This document shows positions 8,701-18,144 of a stretch of 64,000 nt of DNA, one piece after another. The translations under genes and the position numbers were made by a program. The DNA comes from a bacterium (lineage in GTDB: Bacteria > Patescibacteriota > Patescibacteriia > Patescibacteriales > UBA12465), in contig DAOMZR010000001.1 of assembly GCA_035400585.1 (NCBI GenBank), positions 191,347 to 255,346 on the forward strand, in the 5' to 3' direction. Positions within the stretch are counted from its first letter, which is position 1, and every line of letters starts with the position of its first letter. The notes under the pieces are model-generated. The model made no database searches, was not told the origin of the DNA, and was given only the letters and a program-made list of their open reading frames with translations.

Positions 8701-10758
8701 CTAAAAACTAGTTGTTCCAACTAATATTTCATCTTGTTTATCTTTATCCAGGTCATCAATCATTATTCTTAAGCCAGAAGTAAAATCATTTTCGTAAGCC
8801 ATAAAAGAATTAATATTTTTTCCATCTTTATTGAAAATTTTAACTTCTGGTGATCTGCCTGGTCCAGGAACGGTTATAATTTCCTTTTTTCCATCACCAT
8901 CAACATCGCCGGTTGATATTGAAACACCACCTCTAAAACCTTGCTCATAAGCAAAAAAGCCACCAATAAGAGGTTTGCCATCTTTATTAAAAACTCTAAT
9001 ATGAGGACCACCGCCAACACCAGCTGCTGTTATTATCTCTTGTGTTTTATCACCATCTAAATCCATAACAGCCACTCTAACACCACCTCTAAAATTTTTA
9101 TCATAAGCAAAAAAGCCACCAATAAGAGGTTTGCCATCTTTATTAAAAACTCTAACATGAGGACCACCACCTTGACCAGCACCGGTTATTATTTCTTTTG
9201 TTTTATCACCATCTAAATCAGCCACAGCAAAAGAAATTTCACCAGTAAATTTTCCATCATAAGGTTTAAATTCTTTTATTTTTTGATTGTTTTTGTATAT
9301 GGAAATAATGCCTTTACTGTTAACCAAGGTTTCGTCTTGTCCGTCATTATCTATATCGCTAATAAGTATTTGTGAATTGGCTGGCTGATTATCAATGTAG
9401 GCAAAAAATCCGGAACGACTCTGTTGGCCTTTGCTATTAAAAACTCTGATGAAATCACCATTATTAAAACTACTATTTCTAATTGTAGCAATTGACGAAG
9501 TTCTTTTAAGCAAAACAACAGCGTCATTTGGTTTTATTTTCACAAAATTAATAATAGTTCCATTATTAACAGTTCTGTCTTGTGTTCCGTTTATTTTTTC
9601 AAATTCTTCTTGTTTAAAAACATATACTTGTTCTTTATCGGTTGAATTAAGAATAACCGCTCCATTTTCAAAGTTTCTTCGCCATAAACTATTTTTATAT
9701 ATAGTGTTTCCTTTGTTCAGTAAATCATAAGCATCTGATTGGGCTTTGCCCAAACTAACATCATATTCATCATACCACCAAACCTGGCCATGACTAGAAA
9801 CGTTATAATCAAAACTAAAATAACCATGACTCTCCATCATGGCACTAGCCAAGCCAAATCTCATCTTTTGATAACTTTGCCTGCCATCATAAGAATTAAT
9901 TATAGTCATCTTTGGGTTGTTGTTTTTGTCGCCAATATTAGAATAAGTCGATAAAATACCACTCCAATTACCATTACTCTCCCAAGAAGCAGGAAAGCCT
10001 TCAAACATCACACCATTCAAGAGACTTTGATAGCCATCATAAACTTTGCCATTGCCAACAATTAAGTATTTAGAACCAATCAATTCTCTAGTTTTCTTTA
10101 ACATTTTTTTTACACCTTCTGACCAAGCATAGTTAACATCTTTTATTGAGTCACCCTGTCTATCATTATTAGCATCAAAATCTCCTCGAACCCAAGCTAT
10201 ATCGCCCCAAACATTATCATAAAAAACACCATCCCATAAACCAGTTGAAATTATTTCCCTACTAACAAATTCCGGGAGATAATCATTCCATCTTTGACCA
10301 CGAGAATTAGTACCAGCCCCGTCGGTAATATTTAAAAGATTTGTTCCTTCCCAAAAAGTTGTCCGATAACCGTCTTTGTTTTTTAACCACCAAGAATCAA
10401 CAATGTTATCAACCAATTTTTTTCTTAAAGTAGCGTTATGACTCCATTCGCTAGAATAAATATTAGCATTAGCTTCTTGAGATGTTATGTATGCCAAAAT
10501 TACTATATCGGGATTTAATTCTCTTATTTTTTTTAAATTTTCTCGACTATTAACCTGAACCTCCATGTCTAATACAAGAAGATCCCATTTGGCCAGCTCT
10601 TTCACTTCGTAATCAGCTATAGTCCATTTTAAAAAATAGTTGGCTATTTTAGGATAAATATTTTTTTCATAAACAGCTTCCGTCTTTTGAGGAATTAAAA
10701 AAGTAAAAGCAAAAAGCAATATTAAAAAAATATTTGTTTTTCTTAAATATTTGTTCAT
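8701..10758 (-). CDS. Secreted putative glycoside hydrolase-like (GHL15-like) protein with C-terminal FG-GAP/VCBS-type repeats
   Basis: N-term WDLLVLDMEVQVNSRENLKKIRELNPDIVILAYI, GLWDGVFYDNVWG; C-term repeats VAVMDLDGDKTQEIITAAGVGGGPHIRVFNKDGKPLIGGFFAY. Confidence 0.75.
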   Translation of the reverse strand: MNKYLRKTNIFLILLFAFTFLIPQKTEAVYEKNIYPKIANYFLKWTIADYEVKELAKWDLLVLDMEVQVNSRENLKKIRELNPDIVILAYITSQEANANIYSSEWSHNATLRKKLVDNIVDSWWLKNKDGYRTTFWEGTNLLNITDGAGTNSRGQRWNDYLPEFVSREIISTGLWDGVFYDNVWGDIAWVRGDFDANNDRQGDSIKDVNYAWSEGVKKMLKKTRELIGSKYLIVGNGKVYDGYQSLLNGVMFEGFPASWESNGNWSGILSTYSNIGDKNNNPKMTIINSYDGRQSYQKMRFGLASAMMESHGYFSFDYNVSSHGQVWWYDEYDVSLGKAQSDAYDLLNKGNTIYKNSLWRRNFENGAVILNSTDKEQVYVFKQEEFEKINGTQDRTVNNGTIINFVKIKPNDAVVLLKRTSSIATIRNSSFNNGDFIRVFNSKGQQSRSGFFAYIDNQPANSQILISDIDNDGQDETLVNSKGIISIYKNNQKIKEFKPYDGKFTGEISFAVADLDGDKTKEIITGAGQGGGPHVRVFNKDGKPLIGGFFAYDKNFRGGVRVAVMDLDGDKTQEIITAAGVGGGPHIRVFNKDGKPLIGGFFAYEQGFRGGVSISTGDVDGDGKKEIITVPGPGRSPEVKIFNKDGKNINSFMAYENDFTSGLRIMIDDLDKDKQDEILVGTTSF
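8951..9174 (-). repeat. Near-identical DNA copies of an FG-GAP repeat unit, 156 bp (52 codons) apart
   Basis: gcaaaaaagccaccaataagaggtttgccatctttattaaaaactcta(a)tatgaggaccacc at 8951 and again at 9107. Confidence 0.85.
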
Positions 10759-10792
10759 TTCTATATAATTTCCTTTAATTTTTTATCAGTTG

Positions 10793-10821
10793 ATAATAAC
10801 ACATTTATAAAAAAAAGTCAA
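10793..10821 (-). promoter_or_regulatory. Promoter for the 10758 gene: TTGACT-17-TATTAT
   Basis: On the minus strand TTGACT (10816-10821) and TATTAT (10793-10798). Confidence 0.6.
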
Positions 10822-10881
10822 CAGAAAACTACTCTTTAGCCTCTGTTTATTATATTAAAAGTGTTTTTTTGGGAATATTGA

Positions 10882-11802
10882 TTAAAAATTTACCTCCATT
10901 AAGCTTATTTCTGGTAAATTTAGAAACCTTAGGGGTAAAGCAACATTACCAATTCCGGGTGTTATAAATAAATTAATATTATTAATATTATAAAAACCTT
11001 TATCGAAACCGTATTCACTAGGTATTATTTTTTTATAAATAATAGGCAATCTTATTTGTCCGGCATGAGTATGTCCAGAAATCATTAAATCTATTTTTTT
11101 TGCATTATTTAGATTTGATACTTCATAAACAGAATCGGGATTATGACTTAATAAAATTCTTAGTGAAGCCCCACTCTCACTATTATCAGAATTTAAAACT
11201 GAGTAATCAGGATTACCAACCCAGATATCGGCTAAGCCAATAAATTCTATTCTTTTGTTGTTAATTTCTAAAACTTTAGTTTTATTATCAATCATTAACA
11301 CTCCTGCTTTTTCGAGAGAAGACGTTATTCTTTGTGAAATATTATTTTCTTCCCTACCATAATCATGATTTCCCAAAACTGCTAATTTAGGAGCTTCTAT
11401 CCTACTTAAAATTGAAAAATAATCATTTAATTTTTCTTCATCAGCAAAATAAACAAAATCACCTGGAATAAGAACTAAATCGGGATTAATCTTATCAATT
11501 TTTTTTACAACCCTATCAAGAATTTTTTTCTCATTATAAACACCAATATGAATATCTGAAAAAATAATTACTTTTAATTTATTATCAGGATTTTCTAAGT
11601 TAAAATTATATTTTTTAGTTATTAACAAATTTGGTTCAATAAATCTAGACCAAATTAAAAATAAACTTATTGTTAATAAAATTATTATTTCAAAAGTTAT
11701 TTTTTTATTTGTTCTTTTTTTTGTTAACCAAATTAACAAAATAATCAGAGGAAAAATTAAGTAGAAGCTATAATATATTAAGCTTAAAAAAACTTTTGTC
11801 AT
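10882..11802 (-). CDS. Membrane-anchored metallophosphoesterase (calcineurin-like, YaeI/YkuE-type)
   Basis: FSDIHIG, PGDFVY, VLGNHDYG, ISGHTHAGQIRLP. Confidence 0.9.
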   Translation of the reverse strand: MTKVFLSLIYYSFYLIFPLIILLIWLTKKRTNKKITFEIIILLTISLFLIWSRFIEPNLLITKKYNFNLENPDNKLKVIIFSDIHIGVYNEKKILDRVVKKIDKINPDLVLIPGDFVYFADEEKLNDYFSILSRIEAPKLAVLGNHDYGREENNISQRITSSLEKAGVLMIDNKTKVLEINNKRIEFIGLADIWVGNPDYSVLNSDNSESGASLRILLSHNPDSVYEVSNLNNAKKIDLMISGHTHAGQIRLPIIYKKIIPSEYGFDKGFYNINNINLFITPGIGNVALPLRFLNLPEISLMEVNF

Positions 11803-11806
11803 TTAT

Positions 11807-13057
11807 TTATTTCAAGGAAATTTTATCCATACCAGTTGGTAAAAATTTTTTTAAAACATCTGGTATTAAAATACTTCCATCGGATTGTTGGTTTTGTTCT
11901 AAAATGGCTGGTAATAATCTAGAAGTTGCCAAGCCTGATCCATTTAAAGTATGCAAAAAAGCATTTTTTCCATCCTTGTCTTTAAATCTCATATTGCCTC
12001 TTCGACATTGATAATCCAAGGCATTTGAAACTGAACTAACTTCTTTATAAATACCCATACTAGGAATCCAAACCTCTAAATCAATGGTTTTAGCCATAGC
12101 AGAGCTACAATCACCAGCAGCTAAATCGCTTATTTGAAAATGCAAACCAAGTCCTTCAAGAAGTTTTGTGGCTTGACTTTTCATTTCTTCAAAGGCTTTC
12201 CAAGAATCTTCTGGTTTTACATATTGAAACATTTCAATTTTATTAAATTGATGACCGCGAATCATACCTCTTTCCTCCTGGCGATAGCTACCAGCTTCTC
12301 TTCTAAAACAAGGTGAATAGGCAAAATATTTTAAAGGTAAATCCTCTTCTTTCAGTATTTCATCACGATGATAATTCCCCAACATCATCTCGGCGGTTGC
12401 ATTAAGACATAAACCATCTTCAACCCAAAATAAATCATCTCTAAATTTCGGCATGTGGCCAGAAGCATAGGCAGATGCTTCGTTTAATAAAAATGGAGGA
12501 ATTAAAAATGTATAATTGTTCTTTGTATGGAAGTCTATAAAATAATTAAGCAAAGCCCATTCGAGTAGTGCACCTTGACCTTTGTAAGCCCAAAAACCAG
12601 AACCCGACATTTTAACAGCCCTTTTATAATCAATGATGTCAAGATTTTCGGCTAATTCAACATGATCTTTAGGTTTAAAATCAAAATTAGGTTTTTCTTT
12701 AAAAGTGTAAGACACTTTATTGTTTTCTTTACCACCAGCAACAACTTCTGGCGCCACAATATTCGGCAGTGATAACATTTTTTCATTTAATTCTTTTTCT
12801 ACCGATTCTAATTCTTCCTCTAATTTTTTGATATCAAGATTGCTTTGTTTTATTTTTTCTATCGTCTCTTGATCAGGTTTAGCTTTTGATAATTTATTTT
12901 TTTCAGCTTTTAAGCTTTCTACCTTAGGAATCAATTCTTTTCTCTTATCATCCAATAAAACTATTTCATCCAAGCCAAGACTAACCTCTCCTAATCTTTT
13001 CTTAAGAGCTGTTTCAACTTCTTTTCTATCTTCTCTTATTTTTTTAATGTCTAACAT
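11807..13057 (-). CDS. serS: Serine--tRNA ligase
   Basis: MLDIKKIREDRKEVETALKKR; class II motifs FRREAGSYRQEERGMIRGHQFNKIEMF, CRRGNMRFKDKDGK, NGSGLATSRLLPAILE. Confidence 0.96.
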   Translation of the reverse strand: MLDIKKIREDRKEVETALKKRLGEVSLGLDEIVLLDDKRKELIPKVESLKAEKNKLSKAKPDQETIEKIKQSNLDIKKLEEELESVEKELNEKMLSLPNIVAPEVVAGGKENNKVSYTFKEKPNFDFKPKDHVELAENLDIIDYKRAVKMSGSGFWAYKGQGALLEWALLNYFIDFHTKNNYTFLIPPFLLNEASAYASGHMPKFRDDLFWVEDGLCLNATAEMMLGNYHRDEILKEEDLPLKYFAYSPCFRREAGSYRQEERGMIRGHQFNKIEMFQYVKPEDSWKAFEEMKSQATKLLEGLGLHFQISDLAAGDCSSAMAKTIDLEVWIPSMGIYKEVSSVSNALDYQCRRGNMRFKDKDGKNAFLHTLNGSGLATSRLLPAILEQNQQSDGSILIPDVLKKFLPTGMDKISLK

Positions 13058-13061
13058 ATTT

Positions 13062-14651
13062 TTAATTAATTATTTGCCCACCAAAAGATTTTAAAAGATT
13101 TTCTATGGTTTCATTGGAAGAGCCTAAATTATTACTATTATTATTTAAATTTTCATCAATTAAAGCTTCTATTGATAAATCGCTTTTATAAACATCTTTT
13201 AATATTTTACTGACAATATTTCTTATCTCTGGATTATCCAAACGATCTTTGTGTAATTTATATTTAAACGATAAACAAATTTTGTTATCATTTACTGAAT
13301 TTATCTGACAGGACTGCATTACAAAGGATAGTGAATGATTGTGTGGTTTTAATTTCATTAGAAATTCTGGCCAAAGCTCTAATATTTTATTAAGATTTAA
13401 AGAATTGTTTTCGGTCATTGAAGAATCTAAAGCAATGCTCTCTTTCTCAGTTTTTTTTTCATCTTTTTTTTCATCGCTATTTTCTTTTTTGAAAGATTTT
13501 TCTGAACTAGAGGAAATAATTTTTTTTTCACTAATCAATTTATTTTCTTTATTTAAACTGTTTTCACAGAAATCAATTATGCTTATTTCTATTGGCATCT
13601 GAGGTATGAAATGATTATTTATTTCCCTCAAATTTTCCAAAAATCTTTCACTTAAAAAAATTAAATCATTGATTGAAAATTCTGAGCTTAAATCACTTAT
13701 TTTAATTTCCATTTTTTCCGATAGATCAAGTCCAAGAGTTGTAGATAAGGAATTATTAACCTTTGTTAAAATTATCTTTCTAAGAAGCTCTACTAAATCA
13801 GTCAAAAATAATTTAAGATTTATCCCATTAAAAAAAAGATTGTTTATAAGTTCTATCGCTGATGCACCATCTTTCTTTGATAAGTGTTTTAAAAAATTTA
13901 TATTTTCCTCCAAATTGTTATAAGGTATAACCAAGCTAGCACTGGTCATATCAATTTTTTCATCAGAAATAGACATAATTTGACTAAGCAAGCTCTCAGC
14001 ATCCCTCAAGTGTCCCTCTGATTTAGTTGCAATTAGTTCCAATACTTCCCTGTCAGCTTCTATTTTTTCTTTTTTAAGTATATTCTCTAACTTCAAAATC
14101 ATGTCCGAAGCGCTGATCTTTTTAAAATCAAATCTTTCACAACGAGAAACAATTGTTAATGGAATTTTATAAGCTTCGGTAGTACAAAGTATAAAGATAA
14201 CATTTTTTGGTGGCTCTTCTAATGTTTTTAATAAGGCATTAAAAGCTGACAAAGAAAGCATGTGTACTTCGTCAATTATAAAAACCTTGTATTTATTATC
14301 AGTAGATATTACTCGACTAAGAGAAATAATATTTTCTCTAACATTATCAACACCGGTATTACTAGCAGCATCAATTTCAATAACATCTAAATTACTGAAA
14401 TTATTTATACTATTACAAGCTTCGCAATCATTACATGGTTCATATTCATCCTTTTTTCTTTTTTTACAGTTAATAGACTTAGCTAAAACTCTAGCTAATG
14501 TTGTTTTTCCAACAGCTCTTGGTCCACAAAACAAATAAGCATGCGCAATCTTTTCATGTAAGATTTCGTTTTGTAAGGTAATTTTTATGTTGTTTTGCCC
14601 TAAAATTTCAGAAAATCTTTGAGGCCTATACTTCTGATATAATACTGCCAT
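13062..14651 (-). CDS. dnaX: DNA polymerase III subunit gamma/tau
   Basis: YQKYRPQRFSEILGQ, GPRAVGKTTLARVLAK, Cys4 zinc module, VFIIDEVHMLSLSAFNALLKTLEEPP. Confidence 0.97.
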   Translation of the reverse strand: MAVLYQKYRPQRFSEILGQNNIKITLQNEILHEKIAHAYLFCGPRAVGKTTLARVLAKSINCKKRKKDEYEPCNDCEACNSINNFSNLDVIEIDAASNTGVDNVRENIISLSRVISTDNKYKVFIIDEVHMLSLSAFNALLKTLEEPPKNVIFILCTTEAYKIPLTIVSRCERFDFKKISASDMILKLENILKKEKIEADREVLELIATKSEGHLRDAESLLSQIMSISDEKIDMTSASLVIPYNNLEENINFLKHLSKKDGASAIELINNLFFNGINLKLFLTDLVELLRKIILTKVNNSLSTTLGLDLSEKMEIKISDLSSEFSINDLIFLSERFLENLREINNHFIPQMPIEISIIDFCENSLNKENKLISEKKIISSSSEKSFKKENSDEKKDEKKTEKESIALDSSMTENNSLNLNKILELWPEFLMKLKPHNHSLSFVMQSCQINSVNDNKICLSFKYKLHKDRLDNPEIRNIVSKILKDVYKSDLSIEALIDENLNNNSNNLGSSNETIENLLKSFGGQIIN

Positions 14652-14657
14652 AATTTA

Positions 14658-16109
14658 TTATCTTGTAGCTCCAGAATAGGTTATCGCTTGCATTATATTC
14701 CAATCTTCTGTAGTTTCTGGTAATTTTTCAAAAATTTCTTTAAAAATTTCAATTCCCTTTTTTTCACTGTTTAAATTTCTGTTTTCTGCTCTCTGTCTTA
14801 AACCGTAGGCCATTATTTTTACGGCTGACATATCATTAACATTATTTTCATTAGCCTCTCTATTATAAACGAGTTCAAACATTTCTCTAGCTCTTAATTC
14901 GGCTTCTTCGTTATAGTTTTCAGGCCAACGACCATTAGCTATTTTTATAGCATCAGCTAATTCTTGCCCACTTTCTGGCAACTTTCCATAAGCATTTTGA
15001 AATGAATGAATAACAGCGGCCCTCTCTCCTTCACCTAATTTTTTAGTATTTTCATCTACTCCATAGGTTACAAAACTATTGATAGCATTTCTGGCTTCTT
15101 CGCTAATTTTACTCATTTCGGTTATTAAAGATTTTAAATGAGTGATTTGAGCTTGCTGTTCTTTAATTATGTTTCTTAATTCTCTAAGTTCATTTAAAAT
15201 TTGTTCTAAATTATTACTTATCAAAAGACTAGCTTTTTCTTCTATTTTTTCTATCATCTGATCGCTTGTGCTTGATTTGCATTCTCCTTCATAAGCGACT
15301 ACTTGACCATATTGTTTTTCAGCAACACAACGATTAGAATATGTTTTACCATTTTTAGCACAAACTGGTGCATATTCTAATGTACAAGCTACAGCCTCTG
15401 TATTTTTATCGGCCAAGGATATTTTTACTTGATTACTGTAAACACCACATTTTCCACCTAAATATTCACAAACTCTAACATAATAAGTTCCGGCACCATC
15501 AAAAGCTTCTAGGGTGTCAGAATTTTTATTTGGCTCTGTAAAATAGTGATATCTATCTTTATCTCTTAAAGGATAGGTTGGCCCTTCATTCTTTGACCAA
15601 ACCACTTTAAATCCTTGATCGGAATAACCATTAGTTATCCAATATATTTTAGAGCCATCCACCTTTAAAGTAATTGAATTTACTCCATCCTCTTCTTCGT
15701 TGTCATCACCTGTGTTAGTTTCTCCTAAATAAACTTTTACTTGATTACTGTAAACACCACATTTTCCACCTAAATATTCGCAAACTCTAACATAGTAGTT
15801 TCCATCGCCTTTAAAAGCTTCTAAAACATCTGAATTTTTATTTGGCTCTGTAAAATAGTGATATTTATCACCGCTCCTTAAAGGATAAGTTGGTCCTTCG
15901 TTTTTTGACCAAACCACTTTAAATCCTTGATCGGAATAACCATTAGTTGTCCAATATATTTTAGATCCATCTGCTTTCAAAGTTATCGATTCCACCTCTC
16001 CGCTGTCTTGTGTTTCATCGACATAAATTGCCCTAGCTTGACTAGCTAAAAAAAGTCCGAAAATGAAAAAAACAGCCAAACCAGAATACATAATTTTTTT
16101 TGTATTCAT
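14658..16109 (-). CDS. Secreted protein with two tandem ~104-aa repeats, a Kazal-like domain and a C-terminal domain resembling ones seen in CPR surface proteins
   Basis: Repeat SITLK(A/V)DGSKIYW(T/I)TNGYSDQGFKVVWSKNEGPTYPLR; Kazal-like CTLEYAPVCAKNGKTYSNRCVAEKQYGQVVAYEGEC; C-term IANGRWPENYNEEAELRAREMFELVYNREANENNVNDMSAVKIMAYGLRQRAENRNLNSEKKGIEIF. Confidence 0.75.
   Translation of the reverse strand: MNTKKIMYSGLAVFFIFGLFLASQARAIYVDETQDSGEVESITLKADGSKIYWTTNGYSDQGFKVVWSKNEGPTYPLRSGDKYHYFTEPNKNSDVLEAFKGDGNYYVRVCEYLGGKCGVYSNQVKVYLGETNTGDDNEEEDGVNSITLKVDGSKIYWITNGYSDQGFKVVWSKNEGPTYPLRDKDRYHYFTEPNKNSDTLEAFDGAGTYYVRVCEYLGGKCGVYSNQVKISLADKNTEAVACTLEYAPVCAKNGKTYSNRCVAEKQYGQVVAYEGECKSSTSDQMIEKIEEKASLLISNNLEQILNELRELRNIIKEQQAQITHLKSLITEMSKISEEARNAINSFVTYGVDENTKKLGEGERAAVIHSFQNAYGKLPESGQELADAIKIANGRWPENYNEEAELRAREMFELVYNREANENNVNDMSAVKIMAYGLRQRAENRNLNSEKKGIEIFKEIFEKLPETTEDWNIMQAITYSGATR
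15427..15975 (-). repeat. Intragenic tandem duplication, units offset by 312 bp
   Basis: acttgattactgtaaacaccacattttccacctaaatattc at 15427 and 15739; downstream text almost identical. Confidence 0.85.
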
Positions 16110-16220
16110 ACACGTTTTAATCTCTTAACCTTAAAAATTAAAAGATTTTAATTAATAATAATTATCTCATTTTTCATTATAACAATTTTAAAAATATACG
16201 TAAAGAAGAAAAAAACTTGT

Positions 16221-16249
16221 TTGACTATAATTATCCTTTAAATTATACT
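16221..16249 (+). promoter_or_regulatory. Sigma70-type promoter TTGACT-17-TATACT
   Basis: TTGACT 16221-16226, TATACT 16244-16249. Confidence 0.7.
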
Positions 16250-16270
16250 ATAATTATTACAAAAAAATAA

Positions 16271-17422
16271 ATGAAAGAATTTATGAACAAATTGATAAAA
16301 AATTTTTTTATTTTTGCTATATTAGGCTTGATTTTGTTTGGATTTAACACTAATCAAGCAAAAGCCACTAATAAATTTGATCAAAACCAACAAAAAACAG
16401 AAATTCTATTTTTTGGCAGTCCAACTTGTCCTCACTGTTCGGCTGAAAAAGAGTTTTTAAAAAAAATTAGACTAAAATATCCAGATGTAATTATTAAAGA
16501 ATATGAATTTTCTAAAAATTTAGATTTAATAGAAGGATTGTATAACGAACATCAAGTAGCTCAAGGACAAAGAGGTTTAGTCCCAGCAACTTTTATAAAT
16601 GGTACTTTTTTTCTTGGTTTCAATGAAAATACTGGAAAAGAAATAGAAAAGCAAATTCAAGGACTAGAAGTTCAGGGATCAACATCCATGATAAAAATAC
16701 CTTTCGTAGGAGAAGTTGATGTTTTTAAATATTCCATGCCAGTACTAGCCATAATACTAGGAGTTATAGATGGATTTAATGTTTGTTCATTGGGAGCATT
16801 GGTTATAATTTTAGGCTTAGTAATGATTTTAAGATCCAGAAAAAGAATATTATTCTTAGGAGGAACTTTTATTTTAGTAACAGCCCTAACTTATGGCCTC
16901 TTAATCTTTTTGTGGCATCAATTTTTTGTATTTATTTCACCCTACATTAAAATCATGGAAATACTTATAGCCTTGCTTTCTATTGTTGGCGGAATATATC
17001 TTTTAAGAGAATTTATAAAATCTTTAAAGGAAGGACCCAATTGTTCTTCTGGTGGAATAATCGCCAAACTTAGTCCTAAGGTAGAAAAAATATTTGCCAA
17101 TAAAAAAAGTTTAATTATTTTACTAGGAGTTGTTGCTCTTTTTGCTCTAGCAATAACTATAATTGAGTTTCCTTGTTCCGCTTTTTTACCAATGCTTTTT
17201 GCCAGTCTACTAGCAGAAAGTCAATTTAATTTAGGAACAAGTATAACATACATGGCTTTGTTTCTTTTGTTTTACATGCTAGACGAAATTATTATATTTT
17301 TAGTAGCGTTTTTTACTTTAAGAATAAAAATTATATCACCTAAATTTGTAAATGCTTTTAATTTAATAGCTGCTCTTATTTTCTTATTCCTGGGTTGTTT
17401 TTATCTAGCTAGAATATTTTAA
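16271..17422 (+). CDS. Thioredoxin-like domain fused to CcdA/DsbD-like multi-pass membrane domain
   Basis: LFFGSPTCPHCSAEKEF (CPHC); multiple TMs with Cys motifs FNVCSLGAL and EFPCSAFLP. Confidence 0.8.
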   Translation: MKEFMNKLIKNFFIFAILGLILFGFNTNQAKATNKFDQNQQKTEILFFGSPTCPHCSAEKEFLKKIRLKYPDVIIKEYEFSKNLDLIEGLYNEHQVAQGQRGLVPATFINGTFFLGFNENTGKEIEKQIQGLEVQGSTSMIKIPFVGEVDVFKYSMPVLAIILGVIDGFNVCSLGALVIILGLVMILRSRKRILFLGGTFILVTALTYGLLIFLWHQFFVFISPYIKIMEILIALLSIVGGIYLLREFIKSLKEGPNCSSGGIIAKLSPKVEKIFANKKSLIILLGVVALFALAITIIEFPCSAFLPMLFASLLAESQFNLGTSITYMALFLLFYMLDEIIIFLVAFFTLRIKIISPKFVNAFNLIAALIFLFLGCFYLARIF

Positions 17423-17488
17423 TCTTGATTTTAATTTAAAAATATTGTAGAGTAGTAAGTTCTCAAGAACCTTAAAAATAGAATAGTA

Positions 17489-18040
17489 ATGAAAAATCTG
17501 AAAAGAAAGATTGCTTTGTTTTTGGAGTGTTTTTTAAATTGGAAGATTAAAGCAGATATTGATTACGATATCGAAAAAACACATATTTACTTTTGCTTAT
17601 CTTTCGGTTATCAGAAAAACAATCCAGGAACAAGTAATCAAGAATTAGCTCTTTTTTTGGAAAAATATTATTTACAAAAAAGAGCGATAATAGTTGCACA
17701 AAAAGAAATAGCTGAGGTTTTACCAGAAGTATTAGTAAATTTTGTAATCAGCAAACATCAAAAAAGCGACAAATACTTAGATACTTTTGAAGTTTGCCGG
17801 CAATGCTTCAATTATTGTAGAGATATAAATTTGAAAAAAATTTTAATTTTTGTTCACCCTCATCACGTCTGGAGAACAAAAAAAACTTTAGAAAAATTTG
17901 GCATGGATGTTTTCGTAGCTGACACCACTGGTTGTCCATATGATCCCGAATCAGCACAAATATGGACCAGAACAAAATTGTTTTTTATACCCAGGGAGCT
18001 GCTTACAAGATTGTACTATCTTTTTTCTGGAAAAATTTGA
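17489..18040 (+). CDS. DUF218/YdcF-like protein (tentative)
   Basis: TSNQELALFLEKYY, KKILIFVHPHHVWRTKKTLEKFGMDVFV; no full-length match recognisable by eye. Confidence 0.5.
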   Translation: MKNLKRKIALFLECFLNWKIKADIDYDIEKTHIYFCLSFGYQKNNPGTSNQELALFLEKYYLQKRAIIVAQKEIAEVLPEVLVNFVISKHQKSDKYLDTFEVCRQCFNYCRDINLKKILIFVHPHHVWRTKKTLEKFGMDVFVADTTGCPYDPESAQIWTRTKLFFIPRELLTRLYYLFSGKI

Positions 18041-18050
18041 ATGTAATTAA

Positions 18051-18074
18051 ACCTAATTTTTATTAGGTTTTTTT
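18051..18074 (+). terminator. Rho-independent terminator
   Basis: ACCTAAT-TTTT-ATTAGGT followed by a T tract. Confidence 0.75.
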
Positions 18075-18144
18075 ATTAATATTTGATTTTTACTATAAAA
18101 TAATAAATACTATAGATATAAAAAAGATTTACAAATCTAAATTT

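Noticed and set aside
8951-9174. Direct repeats that might suggest a CRISPR-like or mobile element
   Set aside because: In frame, 52-codon period, encode FG-GAP units; only two close copies without spacers.
10793-10821. AAAGGA upstream of the 10758 gene considered as a Shine-Dalgarno
   Set aside because: About 15 nt or more from the ATG, too far for a typical SD; the gene otherwise follows the SD-less pattern.
15427-15975. Long direct repeats considered as an insertion-sequence footprint
   Set aside because: In-frame 104-codon domain duplication within one secreted protein.
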